Below, in pieces: positions 39,209 through 51,178 of a stretch of 64,000 bases of DNA (the first letter of the stretch is position 1; every line of letters begins with the position of its first letter). Made by a program: the position numbers and the translations under genes. The DNA comes from Octopus vulgaris (taxonomy: Eukaryota): the NCBI GenBank assembly GCA_951406725.2, contig OX597817.1:38936001-39000000 (forward strand). The letters run 5' to 3'. A model generated the notes under the pieces. It was given only the letters and a program-made list of their open reading frames with translations. It did no database searches and had not been told where the DNA came from.

Positions 39209-39512
39209 TATAATAATATGAGATATCTTGGTATCCAGAAGACCCAAAAGGCAGGAACAGCAACTTTAACATCCAACATATATTTTTATTTTCATATTTT
39301 CCTTTTATACTTCCTGCATTATATCTAATTTCTTGTATATCTCACCCTCTCCAGAATAATGAACTCTACTAATTCCTTCTACTGAAGCTCTTTTAACTCA
39401 TCTCTGATGATGGGATATCATTTATTTCTCTGAAACAGCTGTAAGACCACCTTTCTATTTATAAATGTCTTAGGAATATCAAATTGCCTTGGCCTTGTTA
39501 TCTTATTTTATT
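39208..39512 (+). mobile_element. Penelope-like terminal-repeat remnant
   Basis: AT-rich unit between (TA)n and (CA)n that contains a hammerhead motif and a partial inverted 5' segment. Confidence 0.5.
39401..39446 (+). ncRNA. Minimal type I hammerhead ribozyme motif
   Basis: ucu-CUGAUGA-ugggaua..uauuucucu-GAAA-CAGCU-GUA^aga. Stem I ucu/aga, palindromic stem III ACAGCUGU, degenerate stem II. Confidence 0.7.
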
Positions 39513-39534
39513 TAACACACACACACATATATAT

Positions 39535-40912
39535 ATGAATGAGGACAGTTGCATAAAGAAGTGCCAATCTGAAAGTGATGGTAAACATGAAAGAGGGAGG
39601 AGACCTAAGAAGACATGGGATGAAGTGGTAAGGACTGATCTCAGGAAGTTGGACTTCATGAAGGAAATGACCATGGACTGAGATGTCTGGCAATATGAAG
39701 TTCTTGAGAAGACATGCCCACATTAGTGAACCTGACTTCTAGAAGTGCTGTGTAGAAAACTTCTCACACACTCTACCCTAACCCTAACTACCTCTCTACA
39801 TCCCTTCTCTTCCTCACATTTCTGCTTCATGTACTATGATTACCTCCCACTCCCAAATCTTGTCCTCTTGGCCTGGTGCTACTCTATCATTGCTCTCTGC
39901 TTGCCCCCCACCTGTGCGTTCTACTCACATGCCTTGTCTCACTCTGCCATATGCTAGTCCTTGACCGCTGTGTTTCACCCACATGTAACAAGAAAATTTT
40001 CCCCTCACCCTACCCCAACAAACCAATTTACATCTCTTTCTCGCATTTTCTCTTTTCATTCACTATGCCTAGCTATCACTCCCCAATCCTGTCCTCACAC
40101 CCCTGTTCCTCTGTATCATTGCTATCCAGTAGACCCTCCAATTCTATATCTATCCAGTAAACCTTCCAATTCTATATATACCCAGGTCTTTCACTACTTA
40201 CTCACACTCTTTAATCGCACTCCTTTTGCAATATCATGTCACTTATATTATGGCATTTGAACCTCAAGGGTATGTCCTGGCACTTGCCACCATCTATATC
40301 TCTAGCTTCCTTTACTCAACTATCTAATTTATACTCTGATCCCCGTTCCTTGTGAGCATGCCTGGCATTTTGCTACCATCTCCATCCTGCAGTCTCCCAC
40401 ACTCTCTCTCCATCTCCTGCACTTCCCTCAGGTTGGGCAACTATGTATTTTCTTTGTGGTAGCATATCTGTTTTTGTCTTCATTCCTGATCTTTCTCTCT
40501 CCAGCCAGGCAACCTTGTACTTCCTCTTGTGCAAGACACCTATATCTGTTTCACTATAACCTTTTCATCATCACCTCCTCCAGTGTCTCCTCTCCTCAAG
40601 TCTTGCAAGTACTTGGTGACTCTGTCAGTACAAGTGCCACTTAAAAGCACCCAGTCTACACTGTAAAATGAGTGGTGTTCAAAAGGGCATCCAGCTGTAA
40701 AACCCTTGCCAAAACTGACCTCACCTGTGCTTGTGCTACATAAAAAGCACTAAGTCCACTCTGCTGAGTGGTTGGTGTTAGGAATGGCATCCAGCTGTAA
40801 AAATCCTGCCAAAAACAGTCACAGAAGTCTGGTGCAGGCTTTGGCCTGGCTGGCTTATGTGGTACCGTCCCACCCATGCTAGCATGGGAGGCAGACATTA
40901 AATGATGATGAT
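39535..40912 (+). mobile_element. RTE 3' fragment with a long CT-rich 3'UTR
   Basis: MNEDSCIKKC..RGRRPKKTWDEVV, a pyrimidine-rich tract, then the conserved tail cccatgctagcatggga..(gat)n. Confidence 0.75.
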
Positions 40913-40936
40913 AATATATATATATATATATATATA

Positions 40937-41603
40937 TCATCACCATCATCATTTAATGTCTGCTTTCCATGCTGGCATGGGTTGGACGGTTTGACAGAGG
41001 ACTGGCAAGCCAGAAGGCTGTACCAGGCTCCAATCTGATCTGGCAAAGTTTCTACAGATGGATGCCCTTCCTAACGCCTACTACTCCAAGAGTCTAGTGG
41101 GCGATTTTTACATGCCACTGGCATGAGGGCCAGTCAGGCGGTACTGGCATTGACCATGCTTGAATGGTGCTTATGTGCCCCGGCATGGGAGCCAGTCAAG
41201 CAGCACTGGCAACAACCACGCTCGAACAGTGCTTTTTACATGCCACTGGCATGGGACCATCAGGTGGCACTAGCATCGACCACACTCAAATGGTGCTTTT
41301 TACGTTCCACCAGCATGGGTACTAGTCAGGCGGGACTGTCATTGGCCATGAGAATGACTCCACTTGACTCAACAGGTCTTTGCAAGCACAGTTTGTTGTT
41401 CAGTACTGAAGGTTACTCTGAAATGGGCTGGTTATGCTGCACTGGCATAGGCCATGGTTACAGTCTCGATCACTCATCATCACCTCCTGGAGGCCTAACA
41501 TTCAAAGGTCATGCCTCACCCCAGGTCTTCCTGGGTCTACCTCTTCCACAGGTTCCCTCCAATGCTAGGGTGTGACACTTTTTCACATAGCTGTCCTCAT
41601 CCA
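40937..41603 (-). mobile_element. RTE 3' fragment with ~60-bp tandem repeats in the 3'UTR
   Basis: (ATC)n then ctttccatgctggcatgggttggacgg; four repeats of tgctttttacatgccactggcatggg..cagtcagg..ctggca..gaccac; then the ORF-end sequence ccaggtcttcctgggtctacctcttcc. Confidence 0.85.
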
Positions 41604-42689
41604 TATACATACATACACATGCACACACCATGGATATATATATTTATAAATGTTGAGTTCACTATATCTTGACTTGTGATGTCTGATTACCTATGACAAA
41701 GACTGTTTTCAGTTAGACCTGATATGATCAACCCAACAACTTTGGAGCCAAACAGTGTGAAACCTCTAGATGGTACACAATCTGCACAAAAACAGTAACG
41801 AAATTTTCTTCAAACACATCTCAAAGTCATAAAAAGAACACATTTGATAATGTGGTCATGGGTGTAATGTATCTGAGAAAACGACATGATGGTCACAGTT
41901 TAAGCATGTGAATAAATTTTATGAACCTATTAAAGTTCTTGAAATTATCTCCCCTTTTTGTTGAGATTTCCTAATAATCATCGCCGATTTTTTTTTTCCT
42001 CCAGCTGAGTGGGGAAAGCTTAACTGATAATTTTTTTACATGTTGTTCAGTATCTTACCTTTTAATTTATTTATCTAAGTCTCATTATTGATCCAGTTGT
42101 GCTATTTCCTATAGCCAGTGACATGATGTGGGTGTTGTCCTGGGAGGAAATTTTCAGAATAAATAAATAAAATAGAAGTAATGAATAAGCAAAATAGTGT
42201 GCCTTCCCAGAATTACTTGCCTCATCACAGGCACTGGGAACCTACACTGCTTGTGACTTACTTAATTTTTTCAAACATACAAATTATTTCTAGTCGAAAC
42301 TTTTTGTAACTCATTTTCTTTATCTGAAAACTAATTTCAATTGATCAAGATAGATTTGAGTAAATCGTTATGATAATGAGGACTAAATAACACAGAAACA
42401 TGTCAATAGTTGTCCCCTTGTCTGTAAACGAAGACCAGATGTCTTCTTGCCTGAAAACAACATGTCCCCCTTAAGCATGTAAATATATATTATGCAAGTT
42501 AAAAAAGTTTTTAAACATGGGACGACATGGTGAGAAAGGATCTACAGACGTTAGGACTCACAGATGGGATGACAGAGGGCTAAGACTCCTGGAGGCTGGC
42601 TATGCTTCAAAAGACATATCAAGCTAAGTAAAAGCGTGGTAGTCCTTGCATACAGGCTTGTCCCATGCGCCCCCACCCCACTCCAACTG

Positions 42690-42895
42690 AGCATTCCTAA
42701 TCTTGCAGTCTCGTAGGTGCTGGTGCCACGTAAACGCATATAGTACACTATGTAAAGCGGTTGGCATTAGGAAGGGCATCCAACCGTAGAAACCATGCCA
42801 AAACAGATATGGAGCTTGGGCAGTTCTTCAGCTGACCAGCTTCTGTCAAATCGTCCAACCCATGCCAGCATGGAAAACGGACGTTAAATGATGAT
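42690..42895 (+). mobile_element. RTE 3'UTR-derived short copy
   Basis: ggtgctggtgccacgtaaa..ggttggcattaggaagggcatcc..gtccaacccatgccagcatggaaaacggacgttaaatgatga. Confidence 0.8.
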
Positions 42896-43046
42896 ATCTC
42901 CCATTCCCTTTGAGAGTCGCCAACAAGTATCGTAAGGATTTTGTTTAGTTTCTCTAGCTGAGAGGGAAATTTCAGTAAAAAGAGTGGATTACATAACACT
43001 TTCGAAAATTAGTAAGGCTATACACGATTGTTATTAATCATACTGG

Positions 43047-43225
43047 GAGAATCGTTAGTGCATCGGACAAAACGCTTAGCGGCATTTCTTCCGGCTGTTT
43101 ACGTTCTAAGTTCAAATCCTGCTGAGGTCAATTTTGCCTTTCATTCTTTCGAGGTCGAGTTCTAAGGTTGATGTAACCGACTAATTCCTCTGCCCCAAAT
43201 TTCAGGTCTGGTGCCTATATTAAAA
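43047..43225 (+). mobile_element. SINE, family B
   Basis: gaatcgttagtgcatcggacaaaacgcttagcggc..gttcaaatcc..ttttgcctttcattctttcgaggtcga. Confidence 0.75.
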
Positions 43226-44394
43226 ACAATTGTTATTAAAGAAATATTTAAAAACTAGCTAAAAGCAATCGCTTTTATTAACGAAGCAAAATAAAATTAT
43301 ATTGGAACGCTTATATAATCACATAACCTTGATTCAGGAATTATCTCTTCTAAATTATGTTATTATCAATTCTCTCGGAAGTAAGCCACAAAACAGAGTT
43401 GTCTGGAGCCAAAAGCAGATTTCACAGGTAAAGTATTTACACAGACAAGCGAATAAAGATTAAATCCTTATTTAGTTCTTTAACCAATAGTGATTTAACA
43501 GAATGAAAACAAATCAGCATACTAAGTAAAATAGCAACAATTAATTCTATTCAGAAGATATTGATAAACTTAATTAAAATTAAATATGTCAACACGAGTT
43601 ATCTGCTCTTCGTAATTTTTTTTTCCTTCCAGATGTTTATATTATACGTCGACACGACTATTTCGCTTCCTTGTTAATGCGCTGTTTATTTTTCATAGGG
43701 TACAACACAAACAATAATAATTTATCCAAGAGTTTGTTGCCAAAACACTATTTATTATTATTTTTAAGAATCTTTATTCCTTCTCTAATCCTCTAATTAT
43801 GTAACAATGCATAAAACAGTAAATTTCAAAAGTGTTTACTAATTGAAAAGTAAATAAAAAGAAATTGAATTTTGAGAACATCTGGAAATGACGGATTTCA
43901 AAATATGATTACGAAAGCTCAAAATCTGTTTTTTATAATTTTTATAATTTACAAAATCGTTTATGTTTTCTTTTCTCTCCCTCTCTCTTTTCTCTAATAA
44001 ACAAAGTGTTAAACTACATTAAAGTATTTTGTTATTTTTCACGAACTGCGTATCATAACATTTCAAGTGATTTAATGAGGCGTCTTAAACTTTATGGCAC
44101 TTATTTCCCACTCTCCAAAGACCTCTAATCGAATCTGATAATTACGTAAAGCGCTCTCTCGCACGCGCACTCATGCATATGTACACATGCACAAACAAAC
44201 AAAACACGTGTGTGTATCATGAAAAAATAAACAACTGACAAGATTTCCGAGAGGAAAATTTGTTCCCCCCCACCCCCCCACCTCTGCAGTAACGGGAAAA
44301 TTATTGGCGCAGATTGATGAAGTCATTTTTTTTTTTTTTATTACACTCAACTATTGATCGAAGCAAAAAAAAGAAAAAAGAAACAAAAGATTAC

Positions 44395-44565
44395 CTCACA
44401 AAGTCTACAGTTTCGAAAATTTGCCGGTGGGTTCCAATTCCAATCTGCTCGTTTAACATTATTTATCCAAATCTGTCTAATGGCAGGGTCTGCAGGAAAC
44501 CGCTTCATTTTATAACCACCTTTTGCAGCTCTGTTGGAACAGTTTGGAGCCGAACAACCCACCAT
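44395..44565 (-). CDS. THAP gene exon 1 (THAP C2CH zinc finger, N-terminal part)
   Basis: MVGCSAPNCSN..KRFP..RQIWINNVKR..W.P...RLCE|gtaatc. 57 codons, phase 0; joins exon 2 to give C-E-V-H-F. Full protein about 633 aa. Confidence 0.9.
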
Positions 44566-44835
44566 TTTTTTTGTTGTTGTTTTTTGTTATTTTATTATAT
44601 TTCTTTGGGGGAGATTAATTGCTACTCAGGGTTTGGTGTTCGTAATTTCTTTCCCCCTTTTTCGCAAACAGATGTGAAAGTAACGGGAGATTACATTAAG
44701 GGAGAAAAAACTGAAAATTAAGTTATCAGCTGTAAGTAAAAGACAAATAGCTATCATATAACAAAGATGGCTCCAGACGGTGCCAACTGTCAAGTTAGAC
44801 AACTCTGTAATATTTCGAGACGGCGCTTAGAACGC

Positions 44836-44848
44836 GTTGCTAGGAGAC
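44836..44848. promoter_or_regulatory. RFX X-box in the divergent THAP/CFAP70 promoter
   Basis: GTTGCTAGGAGAC (reverse complement GTCTCCTAGCAAC) fits the RFX X-box consensus and lies upstream of a motile-cilia gene in a CpG-enriched stretch. Confidence 0.7.
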
Positions 44849-46249
44849 AAGAGAAACGCACTGATATACATTGTCATAAGGTGCTGTGATTCAATTACAG
44901 AGGAAAAGAAATAAAAAAAAGTAAGGAACTTATTTTTATTGCGTGCGTATGTGTATATACATATGTGTGTCTCTGTATGCGTAACCATTGTGCATTAACG
45001 ATGTTTCTTCACAGAATATCAGTCAAAACTTTCCACAAGTATATGTTACCCTTTTTATATCTTGGTGAAATTCTTCTACCACCTTATTTATCCTGTATGT
45101 CAGAATTAGTTTCGTTTTGTCGACACAAAATGCAACCAGCAAGTGTTTATTTACTTAATATGGTAAGACTAGTTATGATTGAAACAAGCCTATAACACTG
45201 ATAACATTTCCACAAACAATTACAACTGAAATACGCTGAAACAACCATCGCATTTATCAACGAGGTAATGGCCCTACTGCTTTTGGTAGACAGCTACAAT
45301 ACGAAAAGTATCTGTTGTAGGATCCAAGTGTGGTGGACAGTTTAAACGCATATTGCGCAATCGCCAATCAGGCCCCCTTCTGGCATCATGTAGGGCAGAC
45401 GGTAAAGAGACGCAAGTGCGCAGATTTAACGGTTCTGTATCTTTTGTGAATCTCTAAATTTATCAAGTGTATCGTTATCTTTTGGAACTATAGCTGCTCC
45501 AGCATTTGGCAGCCATCCTTATGTAGAAAATATCATTTTTGTTGGTAATGATCCGCATAACAAAAACTTGTTACAAACTAGGCGCTGTTTCTTTTCTTTT
45601 GGCATTGTTTGGCCTCACTTTTAGTAGGGATTACGTTTGTGTTTGAAAAGCATGACCTTACTGAATTCAACTCATGAAATAGGAGGGGAACTTATTTGTT
45701 AAGTAAAATTGTGAGGCTTGCCCAGATAATAGCTGCAGCCTGGTGAAACAAGGAGTAACCTGTATCGCAACTAAAAAAAAAAATCATAAAATGGTTGAAC
45801 TCTCGATTTAACTCGTCTTTGTGTGTTGAGAAAAAGAAGTATGTGGGTGTCATGGAAATGGGAAAGATATGAGAGTGTAGAGGTGGCAAAGAAGTTGTAG
45901 GGAAAGGATAGTGAGAGAAAAAGATGCAAAGAGTGGGGTTGTGGGGGATAAGTGGATGGATACATCAGGAGCTATGTGAGGGAAAAAGGTTGGACGGCAC
46001 CATAAGTGGCAGGTGGTGAGCAGAGTATGAATGCAGAGAAATCACCCCAGACAAGAAGTCTGTGAAGAAACCAAGTCAAAAGGGAAACATATGAGAAAGA
46101 TGCAGTCCTTTGACCTGCCTAGGTGAGCAGCACTATAACAATTGGTCCAACCCATGGCAACATGGATGTAAAATGATGATGTGATACACCCAAACACACA
46201 TGTGTACACACACGTGCATGCACACGCATGCACACACATACTCACACAT

Positions 46250-47205
46250 GAATACAGAGGACTTGATGCAGTGAGCATGTTCTGCTGGAAGTGCAAAATG
46301 AGTGTGCATGAAAGAATTAGCATGAAGGTGCCAAGTGAAAAACTGGGCATAAGAGGAATCAAATGTCATGTTCAAGAAAGAAGACTGCATTTATATGGGC
46401 ATGTGATACCTATGGATGAGGACAGCTGTGTAAAGAAGTACTGTTCACTTAAAACGGATGGAACCTGCAGAAGCGAAAGACCTAGGAAGACATGGGATGA
46501 AGTTGTGAAAGCTGACCTCAAGACTCTAAGCCTAATGGATGAGATGACAAATGATGAGGATCTCTAGCAATATGAGGTTTTCAAAAAGACTTGCATTCTT
46601 CAGCAAAACTGAGTTCTGGAAGTGCTATGTTATAGGTTCTCCACCCATTATAGTGAATTTCTCCACCTCATGCATTATGCCTGCTGCTCCCCTGTTGCTT
46701 CACTGACTACCCCACCAGTTACTATTATTACTGCTACTCCTGCTACTTGTCATCCCAACTCTTCTCCATCCCTCTATCATCCCAAGTTCATAACTCTTGT
46801 TTCATCCTGCCTTTGACCCTACCCATTTTGGTAGTCTGCTTCTCCACCCCTCATGCACTTCCCATACAATCTTGCAAATCATCCATCCACCCTCTTCTAT
46901 TTTGCTCATGACTTGTGAGGATCCCTGGGTACCTTATCGCCATTATCTCTGTCTTGCTCCTACTGATCATTTTCTCTTTCTCTTTCTACATTTTCCCCTA
47001 CAAGTTATGAGTAGCCATGAAGGAACCTACTCTGCCTCCATCCTCACAGTAATCCCTTTGTCCCCTAATATGAAGCTGACTGCTCCACCACCAACTCAGG
47101 GTTCATACTCCTGTAAACTGCATAGTGACCTCATTAATGTAGGTAAAACAGAAATGCACCTAGTCTATGCTGGTATGGGTTGGACAGTTTGATGATGATG
47201 ATGTT
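46250..47205 (+). mobile_element. RTE 3' fragment with CT-rich UTR
   Basis: ORF 46181-46567: KLGIRGIKCHVQERRLHLYGHV..RPRKTWDEVV. Confidence 0.75.
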
Positions 47206-47373
47206 TGCTTTTATGTAAGGTTATATGTAAAAACAGTTTCACATGGAACTGAAGGATTACTCAACACTTTTCAGTGATGTACCATATTTCTTTTTACAAC
47301 GACTTCAAAGCTTTGGCCTACTTGTCATTGTCACACTGTCATTAACTTCATGATGGCAAGTAAACCCAAACTA

Positions 47374-47934
47374 TTGGGTTGTCTGGAAAGTTCGCGCCGA
47401 TTTATAGTAGCTTACCTTTTGATTTATTTTAGTACATAAAATAGGATTTGACTACACCTCCATTTAGAGCACAGTTTAAGCTCTCTCTTCGTGGAAGAAG
47501 GTTTATGTTCCTATAACCTGTGTTAATTCTGTAACCCTTTAAAATGGAAGATAAGAAAGTTCATTTGATGCTTTGATGCATTTGATGCTTTGGGAACCAG
47601 ACAAAAGTTACTGCAGCTCAGCTGGGATGTGTTACCCCACCCTTCATATTCACCGGATATTGTTCCTTCGGATTTCCACTTATTCAGGTCTCTGCAGAAT
47701 AGTCTTATGGTAAAAATTTCAATTCCTTGGATGACGTAAAAAGATGCCTTGATGAATTCTTTGCCATGAAACCACCTCAGTTCTGGGAAGAGGGTATATT
47801 CAAGTTAAAGGAAAGATGGAGATGCATTGTACAAAAAAATGGTTCATTTTTGGTTGATTAAAAATGTAATGGCAAGTATTTATTGACCATTTTCTTTCCT
47901 TTAAAAATCGGCACGAACTTTCTGGACAACCCAA
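47374..47934 (+). mobile_element. Internally deleted mariner (same family as 56347-57607)
   Basis: TA|TTGGGTTGTCTGGAAAGTTCG...CGAACTTTCTGGACAACCCAA|TA. Retains the 5'UTR and the PYSPD..PSDF 3' part. Confidence 0.9.
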
Positions 47935-48074
47935 TACAAACTCTCTGTCAACCTTGACTGATGAATTTTGTGTGTATATGCTTGATTGAGTGTGATGACT
48001 TTATTAAATTTAGCTTCATGGTTGCTCATTCTTATTGAAAATTATTTTTCAGTTGCTAATTCAGTGACTACAAG

Positions 48075-48155
48075 ATGTCTGCTAAAGATGAGACTCCAGC
48101 CTTAAATCAGGATGTAGAAACAATAACAGTTTCCCTCTTGAGAGGCAGACATTTT
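48075..48155 (+). CDS. CFAP70: CFAP70 coding exon 1 (MSAKDETPALNQDVETITVSLLRGRHF)
   Basis: Acceptor tttttcag ending 48052, ATG 48075, donor gtaagt, phase 0. Corresponds to the ITV..G..L start of the CFAP70 N-terminal domain. Confidence 0.75.
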
Positions 48156-48539
48156 GTAAGTCATCCAAATATTTTCACATATTTCATTTGCCCTGGTATT
48201 TTTATTTTGGTCAATTTTAATTTCCTACGGAATAATTATTCTCATCAATATTGATGATAGAACAACAGATAAAATACTTCAAAGTATTTAGTTATATTCT
48301 GAGTTCCATTCCCATTCAACTTCGCCTATCATATTCTTGGAGTCAAGTAAAATAAGTATGAAACAAATATTTGTGCTGATTAGATTTCCTCCTCTGAAAT
48401 TTGTTACCTTTTATTAGAAATCCTTAATCTCTTCAATAAGTATAATCACAGTTCAAATTGTCTGGATTTAGCATCAATATTCCCATTGGGCTTTTCAGAG
48501 GCAAGGGACAAGTTGGTGAAGTATGATCTTTGATTGTTG

Positions 48540-48885
48540 GGCTTCACAGAGGTGATGACAAGTGATTGGGACCTTAGGGATATACTGTGCTAGAGGACTT
48601 GTCGAGCCAAGTGAAACCATAGCCATGAACATTGCCAGTGTCATGTAAATGACATCCGTGAAATCGTAGTCATGGCCATTACTGGTGTCATGTAAATGGC
48701 ATCCATGTCAGTGATATGCAAAAAGGACCTGCTCTTGGAGTGATTGACACTAGGAAGGGCATCTAGCCATAGAAACCATGCCAAATCAGACTGGAACATG
48801 GTGCAGCTTACCAGTTCCAGTCAAACTCTTTAACCCATGCCAGCATGGAGAGTGGACGTTAAATGATGATGATGATGATGGTGAT
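48540..48885 (+). mobile_element. RTE 3'UTR-derived copy
   Basis: gtcgagccaagtgaaaccatagcc.. duplicated, then aggaagggcatc..acccatgccagcatggagagtggacgttaaa(tga)n. Confidence 0.75.
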
Positions 48886-50988
48886 TAGCATTGTATTTTG
48901 AGGTAAGAAAATAAATGGTGCCACTACTACTGCTGGCTTGTAGAAGCAGAAAAATCATGTTTAGGCTTTGAACTCGCAAAAGGCTACACTATGGGATGTA
49001 TTCTGCAAACTGATTCAATTCCTTAACCATTAATGTAAGCCATTCTACACGCCAGTCATGTTGTCTCTCATTTACATAAACCTAGGCAATGCAAATTGTT
49101 AATATTTATCGAAATAAAATACTCACTGCAGCTCTGATTATTGATTTGAACACTACACTTGTTTCCAATCAGAAAAATCTTTGTAATCTACAACTGAGTT
49201 TTGGACAATTGAATAAATAGTGTCTGTAAAAATTTGGTAAATGAAATTATATCTAGACATCTCTCATATTTGCAAGTGATGATGTCACCACAGATCTGTT
49301 GAGTCAGATATGTTCTGGAGTATATTAAAAGAGATTTACAGGGACAAGCAGACTGTGAGAGTCAGGAGCTTAGTTATGTGAGCAGCAAAGCATAACATCA
49401 GCAAATATTTACATTTTGCAGGGGTTCCTCAGTTATGACTGTCAAAATGCTGTGTTGTAAAAAAAAAAAAAAAAAATATCTACATTAACACTAGACATAC
49501 TTTCCACTTTCATAGGAACATACTTGCTTTGTTTTTTTTAACTCACATACAACAACTATACATAGAACTTTCTGATGTTATTCTGTTAATCTTCTTTGGA
49601 TGATCATGTCAAGCTTTTAACAATAAACAGATGAAGAATTCAAAACAAACAACTACCCTTCCCATTCATCCAACTTTCAATTCACCCCATTGTTAATATG
49701 GTAACACATTAATTTCTTCTGGTTAAATATTAAAATATTTAATATATATTAAGATATCTCAATTTTTAATATGCAATATATTTGTCTTATATAATAGTTT
49801 AGATAAAGGAGTAATGATATATCTCAGCAGTTGATTGTTTCGGCACAAAAAGTATGAAACTGTTTATGGTACTTTAGTTACCATGCTAATCTTTCACCAT
49901 ATTTAATTAGGAAATCATTTGTTACATTCTTGTATATATTCTATGAGAATTGCAATTGATGGAGTAATCTTAGTGCAAGCTGAAAGATCATTGGTTTGTA
50001 TCTTGTATGGTGATGTACTATGGCTCCAGCAAAAACACATAATATGTAATGGCCCAGTCCATCTTGCTATAAAATAGTCTCCATTTGGTGTTATAGATTC
50101 TGGGTCTGAATAGCAGAGACTTAGTGCAGTTGACAACTGTTTTCTTAGCTGATTGCTAAACTCATATCCTTTCATAATTTGTAATAGATAACCAGCCTGA
50201 GTGAATAATAAAACTGCTTCATCCTCAAATTATTCTTTCCTTTGTGATTGTCATACTAAACCTATTGAACAAATTAATCATTTCTGACACTGATGGTTTA
50301 AAACCATTTATAAGTTGTCCTTTACCCCATGTCATCCAAGAATGAGCAGGCTTATGATCAAAGACATTTCAATCATCATCATCTCTTTTACTTATGCAGA
50401 GTGTAACTGATACTGCATTGTTTAGTGTGACCTTTCCTAAAATAGCATAGTGTGGTTCAAGGGACTTTTGGCTGCTATTTCTAGCAGATTGAGTAACTCC
50501 ACAGAGCTTCCCTTGTTAACTCATGCACTTCATATTTGTCACTCATGTCTGTGATGAGATCTGTGATCCTATTAACACTTCCTGTTCTCAGAAAGCATAA
50601 ATTGCTGAGAAAGTGAAAGTTATTTGCTTATACAGCTAGAGGAGAATTTTCTTTAATTGCTAACATGTAAATACCAATCTTCTTACCACACAGCTATGCC
50701 TGTGTCTATAGTAATTAAGAAATAGTGAGAACCAGATATATCCCATTAGTTTACACTCTTTGTTCTATTTCAATAGAAAGGTTCATAAGAATTATATCAT
50801 TTCTGCCTTTTCTCACATAATTTATTGCCTATCCTGTTGTGTCTGGGGAGAGTCATTTTCTGTTTGTGCTTTATAATTTAACAGACTCACTGGTAAAATT
50901 TCCACTTATTTCTTATTTTTATTTTTCTAATTGTTTATCATTTAATGTTTTTTTTTTATTTGATTATTTTCCTTGTTTTTCCATGCAG

Positions 50989-51178
50989 AGAGGAAACAAA
51001 GGTGAATTTCTGGGAAGTATCATGGTCAAAGCCAATTATTGTGAAAAGACATATGGAGAAGCTAATAAATTTGATTGTACCAATGATTCTGATATAGACT
51101 TTAACTATAGTTTCTCTTTACTTTGTCCAAACAGTGATGCATATGTCATAGATGAATATGCATATAGACCTGTTGTGC
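50989..51178 (+). CDS. CFAP70: CFAP70 coding exon 2
   Basis: cag|AGA...C|gtaagt. RGNKGEF..GEANKFD..DFNYSFSL..IDEYAYRPVV resembles human KGFKGD..GDSAK..YNFTSSF..DDLAHKPV. Confidence 0.85.
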
